DNA of 64,000 bases from Dehalococcoidia bacterium (lineage in GTDB: Bacteria; Chloroflexota; Dehalococcoidia; Lucifugimonadales; JAPUKM01). Below, piece after piece: positions 47,503 to 56,888 of this stretch. Where the stretch lies: the NCBI GenBank assembly GCA_965248865.1, contig CBDFKP010000002.1, positions 213,573 to 277,572 of the forward strand, in the 5' to 3' direction. Numbering within the stretch: position 1 is the first letter of the stretch; each line of letters opens with the position of its first letter. The notes under the pieces are model-generated. The model did no database searches, was not told where the DNA came from, and worked only from the letters and a program-made list of their open reading frames with translations. The translations under genes were made by a program, and so were the position numbers.

Positions 47503-48798
47503 GTGAGTAGTGAAAAAGCAGTGGCAGAGAAGCAGGCGTTGAAGGGAGTCAAGGTCGTCATCATAGGTGGCGTGGTCACCGCGCCCACCATGGGTCGCTA
47601 CCTTGCCCTGCACGGAGCCACGGTGGTGCGGGTGGACGGCCACACCCGTATGGACAGCATGCGCTACCAGCGACCCATTCCCCCTGAGATGGTGGGAGAC
47701 CCCAACGGCGGTGTCTGGTGGGCCAGCATCAACTCCAGTGCCCTGTGCATAGGCCTGGACCTGACCAAGCCCACGGGCAAGGCAATCGTGAACCGGCTGG
47801 TGCGCTGGACCGACGTGGTGGTGGAAAACTTCTCCGCCGGCACCCTGGCCAAATGGGGCGTGGACTACCACACCGTGGCCAGGGAGCGACCGGAGGTGAT
47901 CTACCTGAGCTCCTGCCTCTTCGGTCAGACCGGGCCCTGGTCCCGCGTGTCCGGATACGGGACGGCCGGAGCGGCCATGGCGGGGTACGACTTTATCACC
48001 GGGTGGCCGGACCAGGAGCCGACGCCGCTCCTTACCCAGTACACCGACTACATCAACCCGAAGTTTGGCGTGGCCACCATCCTGGCTGCCCTGGAGTACC
48101 GGGACCGGACGGGCCGCGGGCAGTACCTGGACCAGGCCCAGGTAGAGGGTGGTCTCCAGCTCATCGCCCCCGTTCACATGGACTGGCTCAACAACGGCCA
48201 CACCATGGAGCGTTCCGGCAACAGGGTGACATGGGCGGCGCCCCATGGGACGTTCCCTTGCCAGGGAGACGACCGATGGTGCGCCATCGCCGTAACCAAC
48301 GACCAGCAGTGGCAGGGGTTCTGCCGTGCCCTGGAGGAGTGTGCGTGGCCCCGGGAGGAGCGGTTCGCGACGCTGCTGGGGCGGAAACGCCACGAGGAGG
48401 AGCTGGAGGAGTTGCTGGGGCAGTGGACCGGCGAGCGGTCTGCGGAAGAGGCGGAGGCCGGTCTGCAGCGTGAGGGCGTCCCAGCCTCCGTGGTGGAGAA
48501 CACGAAGGACACCTATGAGGACCCACAGCTGCGACATCGCGGTTTTTTCCGCAAGATCCGCCACGCCTTTATCGGCGAACATAGCTACCGGGGGCCATCC
48601 TTTATACTTGGACGGACGCCGGATAGCCAGTCCGCGGGCCCAGCCCTTGGCGAACACAGCATTCAGGTGTGTAGAATGGTGGGCATGACGGATGATGAGA
48701 TAACGGAGGCTCTTCAGGAGGGCGGACTGGGTGCGGTGCCCGCAAACCTGGCCCCAGCACCGGAGTCCGGTAGCACGGCTATGGATACGTCACCATAG
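47503..48798 (+). CDS. Family III CoA-transferase, beta-type, pair 2
   Basis: GTG start 6 nt after the pair-2 alpha stop. TQYTDYINPKFGVATILAALEYRDRTGRGQYLD. Confidence 0.85.
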   Translation: MSSEKAVAEKQALKGVKVVIIGGVVTAPTMGRYLALHGATVVRVDGHTRMDSMRYQRPIPPEMVGDPNGGVWWASINSSALCIGLDLTKPTGKAIVNRLVRWTDVVVENFSAGTLAKWGVDYHTVARERPEVIYLSSCLFGQTGPWSRVSGYGTAGAAMAGYDFITGWPDQEPTPLLTQYTDYINPKFGVATILAALEYRDRTGRGQYLDQAQVEGGLQLIAPVHMDWLNNGHTMERSGNRVTWAAPHGTFPCQGDDRWCAIAVTNDQQWQGFCRALEECAWPREERFATLLGRKRHEEELEELLGQWTGERSAEEAEAGLQREGVPASVVENTKDTYEDPQLRHRGFFRKIRHAFIGEHSYRGPSFILGRTPDSQSAGPALGEHSIQVCRMVGMTDDEITEALQEGGLGAVPANLAPAPESGSTAMDTSP

Positions 48799-48844
48799 AG
48801 ATCAGCGTCCTGATCAACCCGGGGAGCATTGCAAGAGGAGAGAG

Positions 48845-50137
48845 ATGTCGACAGCACAGAGCGATACATCGGCAACGGCGGAGGGGATGCTTTCTCCATT
48901 CCGTGTCCTGGACCTCACGGAGGGTGGATGTCTCCTGGGGGGGAAGGTGCTGGGCGAGCTTGGGGCTGACGTTATCAAGATAGAGCCACCGGGCGGCTCA
49001 CCCACCCGCCGGACCGGCCCATTCTGGCATAATCAGGTCCATCCAGAGTACAGCCTTTTCTGGTGGGCCTACAACGTCAACAAGAGGAGCATCACTCTCA
49101 ACATAGAGGCCTCGGATGGAGCCGAGATATTCAAGAGCCTGGTGGGGACCGCTGACTTCGTTTTGGAGTCGTTCCCGCCGGGGTACATGGGTGGCATAGG
49201 ACTTGGCTACGAGGTACTGAGTAAAATAAACCCTCGGGTGATCATGGCGTCGATAACCCCTTTTGGCCCCACAGGGCCCAAGGCGAACAACGCGTGGTGC
49301 GACCTGACCATCTGGTCCAGCGGAGGGCCGGTCTATATGACGGGAGACCCCGATACTACGCCCGTAGCCATAAGCTACATGCACCAGGCCACACTCAATG
49401 CAGGTGCGGAGGCGGCGGCTGCGTCCATGATGGCGCACTACCACCGGGAGAACACAGGCCAGGGGCAGCTCATAGACGTCTCCATGCAGGAGGTCGCCTA
49501 CTGGATCATGACCTCCTGGCAGGAGTTTTGGGAGACCGAGGGTACCATACCGAAGCGTTTCGGCGGGCCACCCAGAGCCGCCGAGGAGGCCCATCTCCGT
49601 GAGCGCCGCCAGATGTTCTCTGCGAAGGACGGGTACGTGGTCTTCTGGGTCCAGGGTGGCTGGGGGGGTGGAACTCACTCCACCGAGGCCGTGCTCAAGT
49701 GGATGGAGGAGGAGGGAGAGACCAATGAGTGGATTCTCAACTTCGACTGGGAGCATGACTACGACCTCTCCAAGATGACCAACGAGACCCTGGATGCGCT
49801 GGAGCAGCCCTTCGTGGACTTCTTTGCGACGAAGACCAAGGCGGAGATCTCCGAGCGGGCCATCCTGGACCACATCATGATCGGCGCCATCAACAACAGC
49901 GAGGACCTGGCAAACCACCCACAGCTACAGGCCCGGAGCTTCTTTGAGGAGGCGTGGCATGAGGAGCTGGGGGAGAAGGTGACCTACTGCGGCCCGGTTT
50001 TGAAGGCCTCTGAAGCACCCCTGACGCTCCGGAGGCGTCCGCCCTTGATAGGTGAGCACAATGAGGAGGTCTACCGGCAGGAGCTGGGGCTATCCGTGGA
50101 GGAGCTCACGGCACTGAGACATGCGGGTGTCATCTAA
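48845..50137 (+). CDS. Family III CoA-transferase, alpha-type (Asp-less), pair 3
   Basis: Start MSTAQSDTS. FRVLDLTEGGCLLGGKVLGELGADVIKIEPPGG. ISYMHQATLNAGAEAAAASMMAHYHRENTGQGQLIDV. Confidence 0.85.
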   Translation: MSTAQSDTSATAEGMLSPFRVLDLTEGGCLLGGKVLGELGADVIKIEPPGGSPTRRTGPFWHNQVHPEYSLFWWAYNVNKRSITLNIEASDGAEIFKSLVGTADFVLESFPPGYMGGIGLGYEVLSKINPRVIMASITPFGPTGPKANNAWCDLTIWSSGGPVYMTGDPDTTPVAISYMHQATLNAGAEAAAASMMAHYHRENTGQGQLIDVSMQEVAYWIMTSWQEFWETEGTIPKRFGGPPRAAEEAHLRERRQMFSAKDGYVVFWVQGGWGGGTHSTEAVLKWMEEEGETNEWILNFDWEHDYDLSKMTNETLDALEQPFVDFFATKTKAEISERAILDHIMIGAINNSEDLANHPQLQARSFFEEAWHEELGEKVTYCGPVLKASEAPLTLRRRPPLIGEHNEEVYRQELGLSVEELTALRHAGVI

Positions 50138-50193
50138 CCGCGTTCTTGACCGAGAGAATGCAAGCTTGAAACCAACGGGAAAGGAAGAGCGAG

Positions 50194-51423
50194 ATGGCTG
50201 ATACACCCAGGGCCCTGGAGGGATTGAAGGTCGTGGTGATCGGCGGCGTTGTGACCGCTCCGCTGACGGCACGATACCTGGCACTCCATGGAGCCACGGT
50301 CGTTCGAGTTGACAGCCACGTTCGTAGAGACGGCGTTCGGATGCAACGGCCCTTCTCCCCGGAGATGGTGGGCAATCACAGTGGAGGAGTCTGGTACGCC
50401 ACCATCAACAGCAGTGTCCAGGGCATAGCGGTGGACTGGTCCAAGCCGATGGCCATGGTCATTATGAACAAGCTGGTTCGCTGGGCGGACGTGGTGATCG
50501 AGAACTTCGGCGCCGGCACCCTGGAAAAATGGGGCATAGACTACTACACCATCTCCAAGGACAACCCCGGCGTCATCTATCTGAGCTCCTGCCTCATGGG
50601 CCAAACAGGCCCTTGGGCTCCGCTCACGGGGCTGGGGACTGCGGGAGGAGCGATAGCCGGCGTGTTTGACCTGTGCGGCTGGCCTGAGGGCGAGCCCACG
50701 CCCATCCAGACCCAGTACACCGATTTTGTAAACCCGAAGTTCGGCGTTGCCGCAATCATGGCTGCCCTGGAGTATCGCCGGCGCACAGGCCGGGGCCAGT
50801 ACCTGGACCAGGCCCAGGTGGAGGGCGGTATTCAGGTGATCGCCCCACTGGTGATGGACTGGATGAGCAACGGCCGTCTGGCGACTCGCACGGGAAACAA
50901 GATCGCCGAGGCGGCGCCCCACGGGGTGTTCCGGTGCGCCGGCGACGACAGGTGGGTTGCCATTGGGGTGTTCACTGATGACCAGTGGGTGGGGCTCCGC
51001 CGCGTGAAGGGCGTGCCGTCGGTGCTTGGGGAGGGCAAGTTCAAGACCATAGCAGGTCGGAAGGAGCGGGAGGAGGAGCTGGCCGCCCTGATAGAGGGGT
51101 GGACTATGCAGCATACCCCGGAGGAGGTGGAGGCGTGGCTCCAGGCCGAGCAGGTGCCCTCAGCCGTGGTGGCGAACTCCAAGGATACCAGGGAGGACGT
51201 TCAGCTAGACCACCGGGGGTTCTTCCGTAGGATAGAGCACACCGTTATTGGGGAGCATACCTACCGTGGGCCGGCCTTTCGGCTTACGAAGACGCCGGAC
51301 AACCAGTTTGAGGGACCTGCCATGGGTCAGCACAACTTCGAGGTGTGCGCCATGCTGGGCATGAGCGACGACGAGATCTCCGAGGCGATTGCCGAGGAGG
51401 CCCTGGGCTTTGAGCCTGTGTAG
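50194..51423 (+). CDS. Family III CoA-transferase, beta-type, pair 3
   Basis: LEGLKVVVIGGVVTAPLTARYLALHGATVVRVD. TQYTDFVNPKFGVAAIMAALEYRRRTGRGQYLD. Confidence 0.85.
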   Translation: MADTPRALEGLKVVVIGGVVTAPLTARYLALHGATVVRVDSHVRRDGVRMQRPFSPEMVGNHSGGVWYATINSSVQGIAVDWSKPMAMVIMNKLVRWADVVIENFGAGTLEKWGIDYYTISKDNPGVIYLSSCLMGQTGPWAPLTGLGTAGGAIAGVFDLCGWPEGEPTPIQTQYTDFVNPKFGVAAIMAALEYRRRTGRGQYLDQAQVEGGIQVIAPLVMDWMSNGRLATRTGNKIAEAAPHGVFRCAGDDRWVAIGVFTDDQWVGLRRVKGVPSVLGEGKFKTIAGRKEREEELAALIEGWTMQHTPEEVEAWLQAEQVPSAVVANSKDTREDVQLDHRGFFRRIEHTVIGEHTYRGPAFRLTKTPDNQFEGPAMGQHNFEVCAMLGMSDDEISEAIAEEALGFEPV

Positions 51424-51450
51424 TGGACTAGACCGTTTCCCACCACCAGC

Positions 51451-51684
51451 TTATCTGGCGACCACGCTCACTCCGCTCACAGGGCTGGCGGTCTGCAGAG
51501 ACCCCAGCAGCATTTTCGACGCCGAGGCGATCTGGTCTACCACGACCCCGAACGCCTCCGCATTGACCCGCGAGGGTTTCCTGTAGCCGCTGATCTTGCG
51601 CACGAATTGGAGGGCGGCCGCCCGGACCTCTTCGTCGGTCGCTGGTATATCGGCGTTTCGTAGGGTTTTGATGCTCCGGCACAT
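51451..51684 (-). CDS. DUF2277-family small protein
   Basis: Start moved to MCRSIKTLRNADIPATDEEVRAAALQFVRKISGYRKPSRVNAEAF, the family-typical N-terminus. The longer track ORF overlaps the tRNA. Confidence 0.7.
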   Translation of the reverse strand: MCRSIKTLRNADIPATDEEVRAAALQFVRKISGYRKPSRVNAEAFGVVVDQIASASKMLLGSLQTASPVSGVSVVAR

Positions 51685-51723
51685 AGATACGTCTCCTTGG
51701 AGGTTGGCAGGGGATACGCTCGT

Positions 51724-51798
51724 TGGAGCGGGGGACGGGATTCGAACCCGCGACCATCTGCTTGGAAGGCAGAGACTCTTCCGCTGAGTTACCCCCGC
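51724..51798 (-). tRNA. tRNA-Gly (anticodon UCC), CCA encoded
   Basis: Minus strand GCGGGGG-UA-ACUC-AGCGGAA-GAGU-C-UCUGC-CUUCCAA-GCAGA-UGGUC-GCGGG-UUCGAAU-CCCGU-CCCCCGC-U-CCA. Full cloverleaf, 75 nt. Confidence 0.9.
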
Positions 51799-51898
51799 TC
51801 GGCTAAGCGGCACGTTCTATTTAACGTGCCGGAGGAACCGCTGTCAACGCCTGCCCTGATACCGAGTAGGTCTCACGGGTGGGCTGAGGCTCTCTGTT

Positions 51899-52897
51899 TT
51901 AGAGCCCGGCCATGACCTCCTCGGCGAAGGTGCGCACCAGCGAGAGTCGGTCGCGAGGGTCAGCGGTGTGGGGAATGATGGCTACCTGATGCAGTCCAAC
52001 CTCCGCAAGCCGGCGCACCTGCTCACGGCACTCCTCCACGGTGCCCGCAATGGCGAACTTGCTCACCAGACGGTCCGGCACCAGGTCGCCGTGGCCTGCG
52101 CCTACTACCATATGCTTGTAGTAGTCGTAGCCCTGGTATATCTGGTCCGCTGCGGCCTGGTCTTCCTTGCTTAGTGAAAAGGGGAGGCGGCGCTTGAGGA
52201 CGCGGGCAACGTGGGACTTGACGGAGGCACGGGCGGCATTGCCGTCACTGTCGATGGAGCAGGGTGCCCAGCATACGTACCTGAAGCCGTCGGCCTCCAG
52301 GTCACGTCCCGCATCCTGGGCTCCCCGGCGGATGCACTCCATAGCCTGCCTCAGGTAGTCGGGATCGGTGCCCACCAGGACGATGGCGCCATCGGCTACC
52401 TTGCCCGCCAGGCGGAGGATACGCGGCCCGCTGGCTCCGATGAACACGGGGATAGGAGGCACGTTGACCCAGTCCATGTGCACCTCGCCCCCGTCCATGG
52501 CAACCCGCTCCCCCGCCACCAACCTGCGCACTACTCTGATCGATTCTTCCAGCCGGGCCAGGGTGGCGGGTCGCTGGCCCAGGGTCTCCACGGAGCTATC
52601 CCCGGCGCCGATGCCCAGGGCTACGCGGCCACTGGTGAGCTCGCTCAGGGTGGCCAGGGCGCTGGCGGTGACCGTGAGGTGGCGGGTCTGAGGGTTGGTG
52701 ACGCCCGCCGCCAGGGTGATGCGCTGAGTGGCCAGGGCGGCGGCCCCCATGTTGACGTACGCCTCTCGCCAGATGACCTGGGAGTCTCCTATCCAGACGT
52801 GGGAGTAGCCTAGCTCCTCCGCCAGCCGAACCATCTCCAGTATCCGCTGGGGCGGCTCAATGGGAAACAGACCGAGCCCCATATCCAGACGAGCCAT
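51899..52897 (-). CDS. LLM-class (luciferase-like) F420-dependent oxidoreductase
   Basis: 332 aa. GLGLFPIEPPQRILEMVRLAEELGYSHVWIGDSQ, GVTNPQTRH. Confidence 0.8.
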   Translation of the reverse strand: MARLDMGLGLFPIEPPQRILEMVRLAEELGYSHVWIGDSQVIWREAYVNMGAAALATQRITLAAGVTNPQTRHLTVTASALATLSELTSGRVALGIGAGDSSVETLGQRPATLARLEESIRVVRRLVAGERVAMDGGEVHMDWVNVPPIPVFIGASGPRILRLAGKVADGAIVLVGTDPDYLRQAMECIRRGAQDAGRDLEADGFRYVCWAPCSIDSDGNAARASVKSHVARVLKRRLPFSLSKEDQAAADQIYQGYDYYKHMVVGAGHGDLVPDRLVSKFAIAGTVEECREQVRRLAEVGLHQVAIIPHTADPRDRLSLVRTFAEEVMAGL

Positions 52898-52900
52898 GGC

Positions 52901-54073
52901 TTATACTCCCTTTTCGATCACGGCGAGGGTCTCAGGAGGAGGCGTCTGCTCGCTGCGGCCCCGCACGGCAATCTCGCCTCCCACGATGACGAAGGAGATA
53001 CCCGGCATGTCACCGTTGCTCACTGCCTCCAGCACATCCCGTCCCACGGAGCCGGTGATCTTGCCGATGAGCAGCAGGTCCGCGGGCTTGCCCTCCTGGA
53101 TAAGGCCTTGCTCCAGGCGATGGGCTTTGGCGGCGTTGCCGGTAGCCATGCAGAAGGCCACCTCTGCGGGAATGCCCCCCATTGATGCCAGCAGGGCCAC
53201 GGTCCGCAGCATGGCCCGGGGGGTGACGCCGGTGCCGGAGGGCGTATCCGTGCCCAGGATCACACGTTCCTGAGCGCCCTCCTGAACCACCATTTTTATC
53301 ACCTCCACTGTCCGCCGGACGTTTCCGGCGGCAGCTATCTCCAGATAGCAATCGGTCTCCTTGATCACGGCCTCCGTCTCGTCCAGGGGCATGGGAATAG
53401 GCCCGCCACTGACGTGTCCAATCACGTCCGGCCCAAGCTCCTTGATAACCCTGGCGCCCGCCGGGCGGCTGACGCCGGACCGGGAGACGCCGCCCGAGTG
53501 GATCTTCACGACGATACCCCTCTCACGACACCAGCGCACATAGCGGTGGGCCTCGTCCCCGTTCTCGCCGTAGGGGTAGAAGATGAACTTGGCGCAACGG
53601 ATGCCCTCTGCGGCCACCTCGTCGAAGTCGGACTCGGTGAGGCCCGGCGCCAGTAGCAGGGTGCCGGCGAAGAGCCTCGGCGCTCTCTGGGGTAGGTTGT
53701 CGGCGCATCGCTTCGCCAGGACTGCCAGATACTTGAACAGGCGGCCGTCCGGAGGGTCCAAGGGAAGGCCGGGCACGTGGAGCTCGCCCGCGGAGACCAG
53801 GCCGGTGACGCCACCGTGGAGATAGGAGCTCATCCAGCCGACGCTGTTCTGGGTGGGGGTGAAGTCCCCGAAGGTGGGGTGCACATGGGTATCTATGAGC
53901 CCCGGAACCGCCAGAAGGCCGCGAGCGTCGATGACGGTATCGGCGGCGGTCCGGGACGAGTCGATATCGTGGAAGAGGCCGTCCTGGATATAGATGGTGG
54001 CCGCCTGGCGCAGGGGGTGTCGCCAGTCCCCGGTGATCTGGCCGCCGAGGTTGGTGATCAGCAGTGACGACAC
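52901..54073 (-). CDS. Amidohydrolase-1 superfamily protein (enamidase/dihydroorotase-like)
   Basis: 390 aa. GLIDTHVHPTFGDF (HxH), KIHSGG, GTDTPSG. Confidence 0.75.
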   Translation of the reverse strand: MSSLLITNLGGQITGDWRHPLRQAATIYIQDGLFHDIDSSRTAADTVIDARGLLAVPGLIDTHVHPTFGDFTPTQNSVGWMSSYLHGGVTGLVSAGELHVPGLPLDPPDGRLFKYLAVLAKRCADNLPQRAPRLFAGTLLLAPGLTESDFDEVAAEGIRCAKFIFYPYGENGDEAHRYVRWCRERGIVVKIHSGGVSRSGVSRPAGARVIKELGPDVIGHVSGGPIPMPLDETEAVIKETDCYLEIAAAGNVRRTVEVIKMVVQEGAQERVILGTDTPSGTGVTPRAMLRTVALLASMGGIPAEVAFCMATGNAAKAHRLEQGLIQEGKPADLLLIGKITGSVGRDVLEAVSNGDMPGISFVIVGGEIAVRGRSEQTPPPETLAVIEKGV

Positions 54074-54137
54074 GTTACGAAGGTCCTTTCGCCGGTTTGG
54101 CTATGCTGGGGCCAGGTTGCCTTAGCCGGCACGTGAC

Positions 54138-55160
54138 CTAGCCTGGGAAGGGTGCGCCGAAGATGCGCTGGGCGTTCTTGTAGGCGATATTGTCCTTGGC
54201 CTCCTGGGAGATGTCCAGGGACTCTATGGCAGCCGCGATCTCGCTCATGATGCGGGTGCGAATAGGGTAGTCGCTGCCGAAGACGATATGCTCCGATCCG
54301 AGGGATTCCACGGCATATTGGATGGCCCGCGGCTCCCAGAACGTGGTGGTGAAATAGAAGTTCTTGATGCGCTCCCGGAGCGCCTCACGGCTGAGCTCCG
54401 GCTTTCCTTGCTCGATGGTGCGTGACTCGATGCCCCCCTCCTCACGCCCATACCGGAATGTTGACATGAAGAAGGTGCCCCCAAGGTGCCCATGCACAAA
54501 GGTGAGGTTGGGGAACCTGTCCAGCACCTGGCTCCTGAAGAGGCGCACCACGGCCAACGTGTGATCCACCTCGCGGCCTACGGTGCGGCTCAGGTCGTAC
54601 TCGCGCATGGAGAAGTCGTCTGCCGGGCTGGCGGCGCAGTGGACAATGACCGGCACGTTGTATGCCTCCGCCACCTCATAGAGCGGGTAGTAGGCCTCGT
54701 TGTCGGGGAACACACCGTTGACGTTGGTCACGATGCCCATGGCCCGGAACCCCAGCTCCTTTATAGCCCGCTCAAGCTCATTGGCAGACTCCCTGGCCGG
54801 ACTGAGCGGCAGGTGGGCGGCCCCGACGAGCTGCTTGGGGTGGTCCTGGATGGCCTTGGCCATCTCATCGTTGACGAACTGGCAGGTAGGGAGGTCTACC
54901 ATGAAGCTCTGCCAGGTGGCCATGGTGAAGATGGCCGCCGAGACGTTGGCCTCCTCCATGTCCTTTAGCCGCTGGTCGATGAAGTAACGGCGCTCCTCCA
55001 CGGTGATGAGGGCCATGCCTTCCCAGACGATCCGCTTCGACCTCTGACCGTCGCTGAGCACGACCTCCCGAATCGTCTCACCGGGCCGCAGCAGCGGCTC
55101 CGGGTGATCCACATGCTCCCTGGGCATCCAGTGATGATGAAAGTCGATGATGTTGCGCAT
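54138..55160 (-). CDS. Amidohydrolase-2 family protein (ACMSD-like), distinct from the six-copy array
   Basis: 340 aa. IIDFHHHWMP, HCAASP, HLGG, FGSDYP. Lacks the KKRKYGW tail. Confidence 0.8.
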   Translation of the reverse strand: MRNIIDFHHHWMPREHVDHPEPLLRPGETIREVVLSDGQRSKRIVWEGMALITVEERRYFIDQRLKDMEEANVSAAIFTMATWQSFMVDLPTCQFVNDEMAKAIQDHPKQLVGAAHLPLSPARESANELERAIKELGFRAMGIVTNVNGVFPDNEAYYPLYEVAEAYNVPVIVHCAASPADDFSMREYDLSRTVGREVDHTLAVVRLFRSQVLDRFPNLTFVHGHLGGTFFMSTFRYGREEGGIESRTIEQGKPELSREALRERIKNFYFTTTFWEPRAIQYAVESLGSEHIVFGSDYPIRTRIMSEIAAAIESLDISQEAKDNIAYKNAQRIFGAPFPG

Positions 55161-55186
55161 GGTGCTCTCTCGTCCTAGAGGTCTCT

Positions 55187-56695
55187 TTAGGCTAGCAGGC
55201 CGATGGTGTGTCGGAGGCGATGCAGCACCCGCTGCCTGCCCAGCACCGCTAGGGTATCGAAGAGCGGCGGCGCTGCGGTGCGGCCGGTGACGGCGACACG
55301 GATGGCCCCGAACAGCTCGCCGGTCTTGAGGCTCAGCTCCTCCGCCAGGGGTCGCAGGGTATCCTCCAGGCTACCAACATCGAAAGGCTCCAGCGGTTCA
55401 AGGGCCGTTGCCGTGGCCTCCAGGGCCGTGTGGGCGGTCTCGCTTTCCATAGTCTTCGGCAGCGGAAGCTTCTCTGGGTAGATAGGCGTTTCCAGGAAGA
55501 AGAAGGCGCACAGGTCCCACACCTCCTCGCCATTGAGGGTCTTCAGCCGGTCTTGGACCAGCGGTACGATTGTCTTGAGGTACTCTGTGTCTATACTCTC
55601 CGGCGGGGTATCCGGCTCTTTACGTCTACCCCGTAGCTCATCAAGGGCGGTCTTCAGTCGTACCGCCAGGTCTTCCTGTGGGAGCTGGCGGATGTACATG
55701 CCGTTCATCCAGGTGAGCTTCTCCTGGTTGAAGATTGCCGGAGACGAAATGATGCGCTCCGGTGAGAAGTGGCGCACCAGATCCTCCATGGAGAGGAGCT
55801 CCGTCTTGTCATCCAGGGACCAGCCCAGCAGGGCGAGGAAATTGACCAGCGCTTCAGGAAGATACCCCTGCGCCTGGTAGTCCAGGAGGGCGGTGGCGCC
55901 GTGACGCTTGCCCAGCTTTGCCCTGTCCGGCCCCAGGATTATGGGTAGATGGGCGAACTGAGGTGGCTGGTAGTCCATCGCCTGGTAAAGCAGGAGATGC
56001 CGGGGCGTGCTGGAGAGCCACTCCTCGCCCCGCAGGACGTGGGTTATCGCCATATCGTGGTCGTCAACGATGTTGGCCAGATGATAGGTGGGGAAGCCGT
56101 CCGATTTCAGGATGACGAAGTCGTCCAGTGTGGAGAGATCCACGGTGACATCGCCATGAACCATGTCGTGGACGGTGATAGGAGGGCCCTCCAGCGGTGT
56201 CTTGAACCTTACAACGCGCTGGAGTCCGGCGGACTCCCTGGCTTGCCGCTCCTCCTGCGTCAGGTCGCGGCAGCGTCGGTCGTAGCGAGGGGGCTCGCCC
56301 CGCTGCTGCTGGGCCTTGCGCATCTCGGCCAGCTCTTCGGTGGTGCAGTAGCAGGAGTAGGCCTGATCCCGTTGGAGGAGGACCTGAGCAGTGTCCTGGT
56401 AGAGGACCAGACGTTGCGACTGGACGTAGGGCATGTGGGGGCCACCGACCCTGGGGCCCTCGTCCCAGTCCAGGCCCAGCCACTCCAGGGAGGCGAAGAT
56501 GGTGTCCAGCGCGCCCTCCACCGTTCTGGCCTGGTCGGTGTCCTCTATACGGAGGATGAAGGTGCCGCCGGCGTGCCGCGCGAAGAGCCAGTTGAAAAGA
56601 GCGGTGCGGATATTGCCCACGTGAGGGGCACCGGTGGGACTGGGGGCGTAGCGGACTCGGACGCGTTCGGCCATGAGCGGAGTCGATTCTAGCAC
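55187..56695 (-). CDS. gltX: Glutamate--tRNA ligase
   Basis: RVRYAPSPTGAPHVGNIRTALFNW (HIGH-type), KLGKRHG (KMSKS-type). Start may be the internal MAERVRV at 56674. Confidence 0.95.
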   Translation of the reverse strand: MLESTPLMAERVRVRYAPSPTGAPHVGNIRTALFNWLFARHAGGTFILRIEDTDQARTVEGALDTIFASLEWLGLDWDEGPRVGGPHMPYVQSQRLVLYQDTAQVLLQRDQAYSCYCTTEELAEMRKAQQQRGEPPRYDRRCRDLTQEERQARESAGLQRVVRFKTPLEGPPITVHDMVHGDVTVDLSTLDDFVILKSDGFPTYHLANIVDDHDMAITHVLRGEEWLSSTPRHLLLYQAMDYQPPQFAHLPIILGPDRAKLGKRHGATALLDYQAQGYLPEALVNFLALLGWSLDDKTELLSMEDLVRHFSPERIISSPAIFNQEKLTWMNGMYIRQLPQEDLAVRLKTALDELRGRRKEPDTPPESIDTEYLKTIVPLVQDRLKTLNGEEVWDLCAFFFLETPIYPEKLPLPKTMESETAHTALEATATALEPLEPFDVGSLEDTLRPLAEELSLKTGELFGAIRVAVTGRTAAPPLFDTLAVLGRQRVLHRLRHTIGLLA

Positions 56696-56888
56696 CTACC
56701 GCCGGATATAGCGACCGCTGCCGCCGCCCCTGCGATAAGCCCGGTGAAAGCAGGTGGGCGCAGAGCAGGGCTATGTAGCGTGGGCGAGGGCTGTGTATTC
56801 CCCTTGCGCTGTGTGTGTATAATGGGCGCTGTCCGGGAATCCATCGGTGGGTTTGCCCAGGGCCACTGGTTCAAACAGGAGGTGTCCT

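Noticed and set aside
47368-48657. 429-aa minus-strand ORF, and similar ones at 46540..47346 and 50134..51114, opposite the CoA-transferase genes
   Set aside because: Same antisense GC artefact. No recognisable domains, and they fully overlap well-supported plus-strand genes.
51424-51798. tRNA-Gly as an integration site marking the CoA-transferase/amidohydrolase block as a genomic island
   Set aside because: No integrase gene and no repeat of the tRNA 3' end were seen anywhere in the window. GC content and codon style of the block look native.
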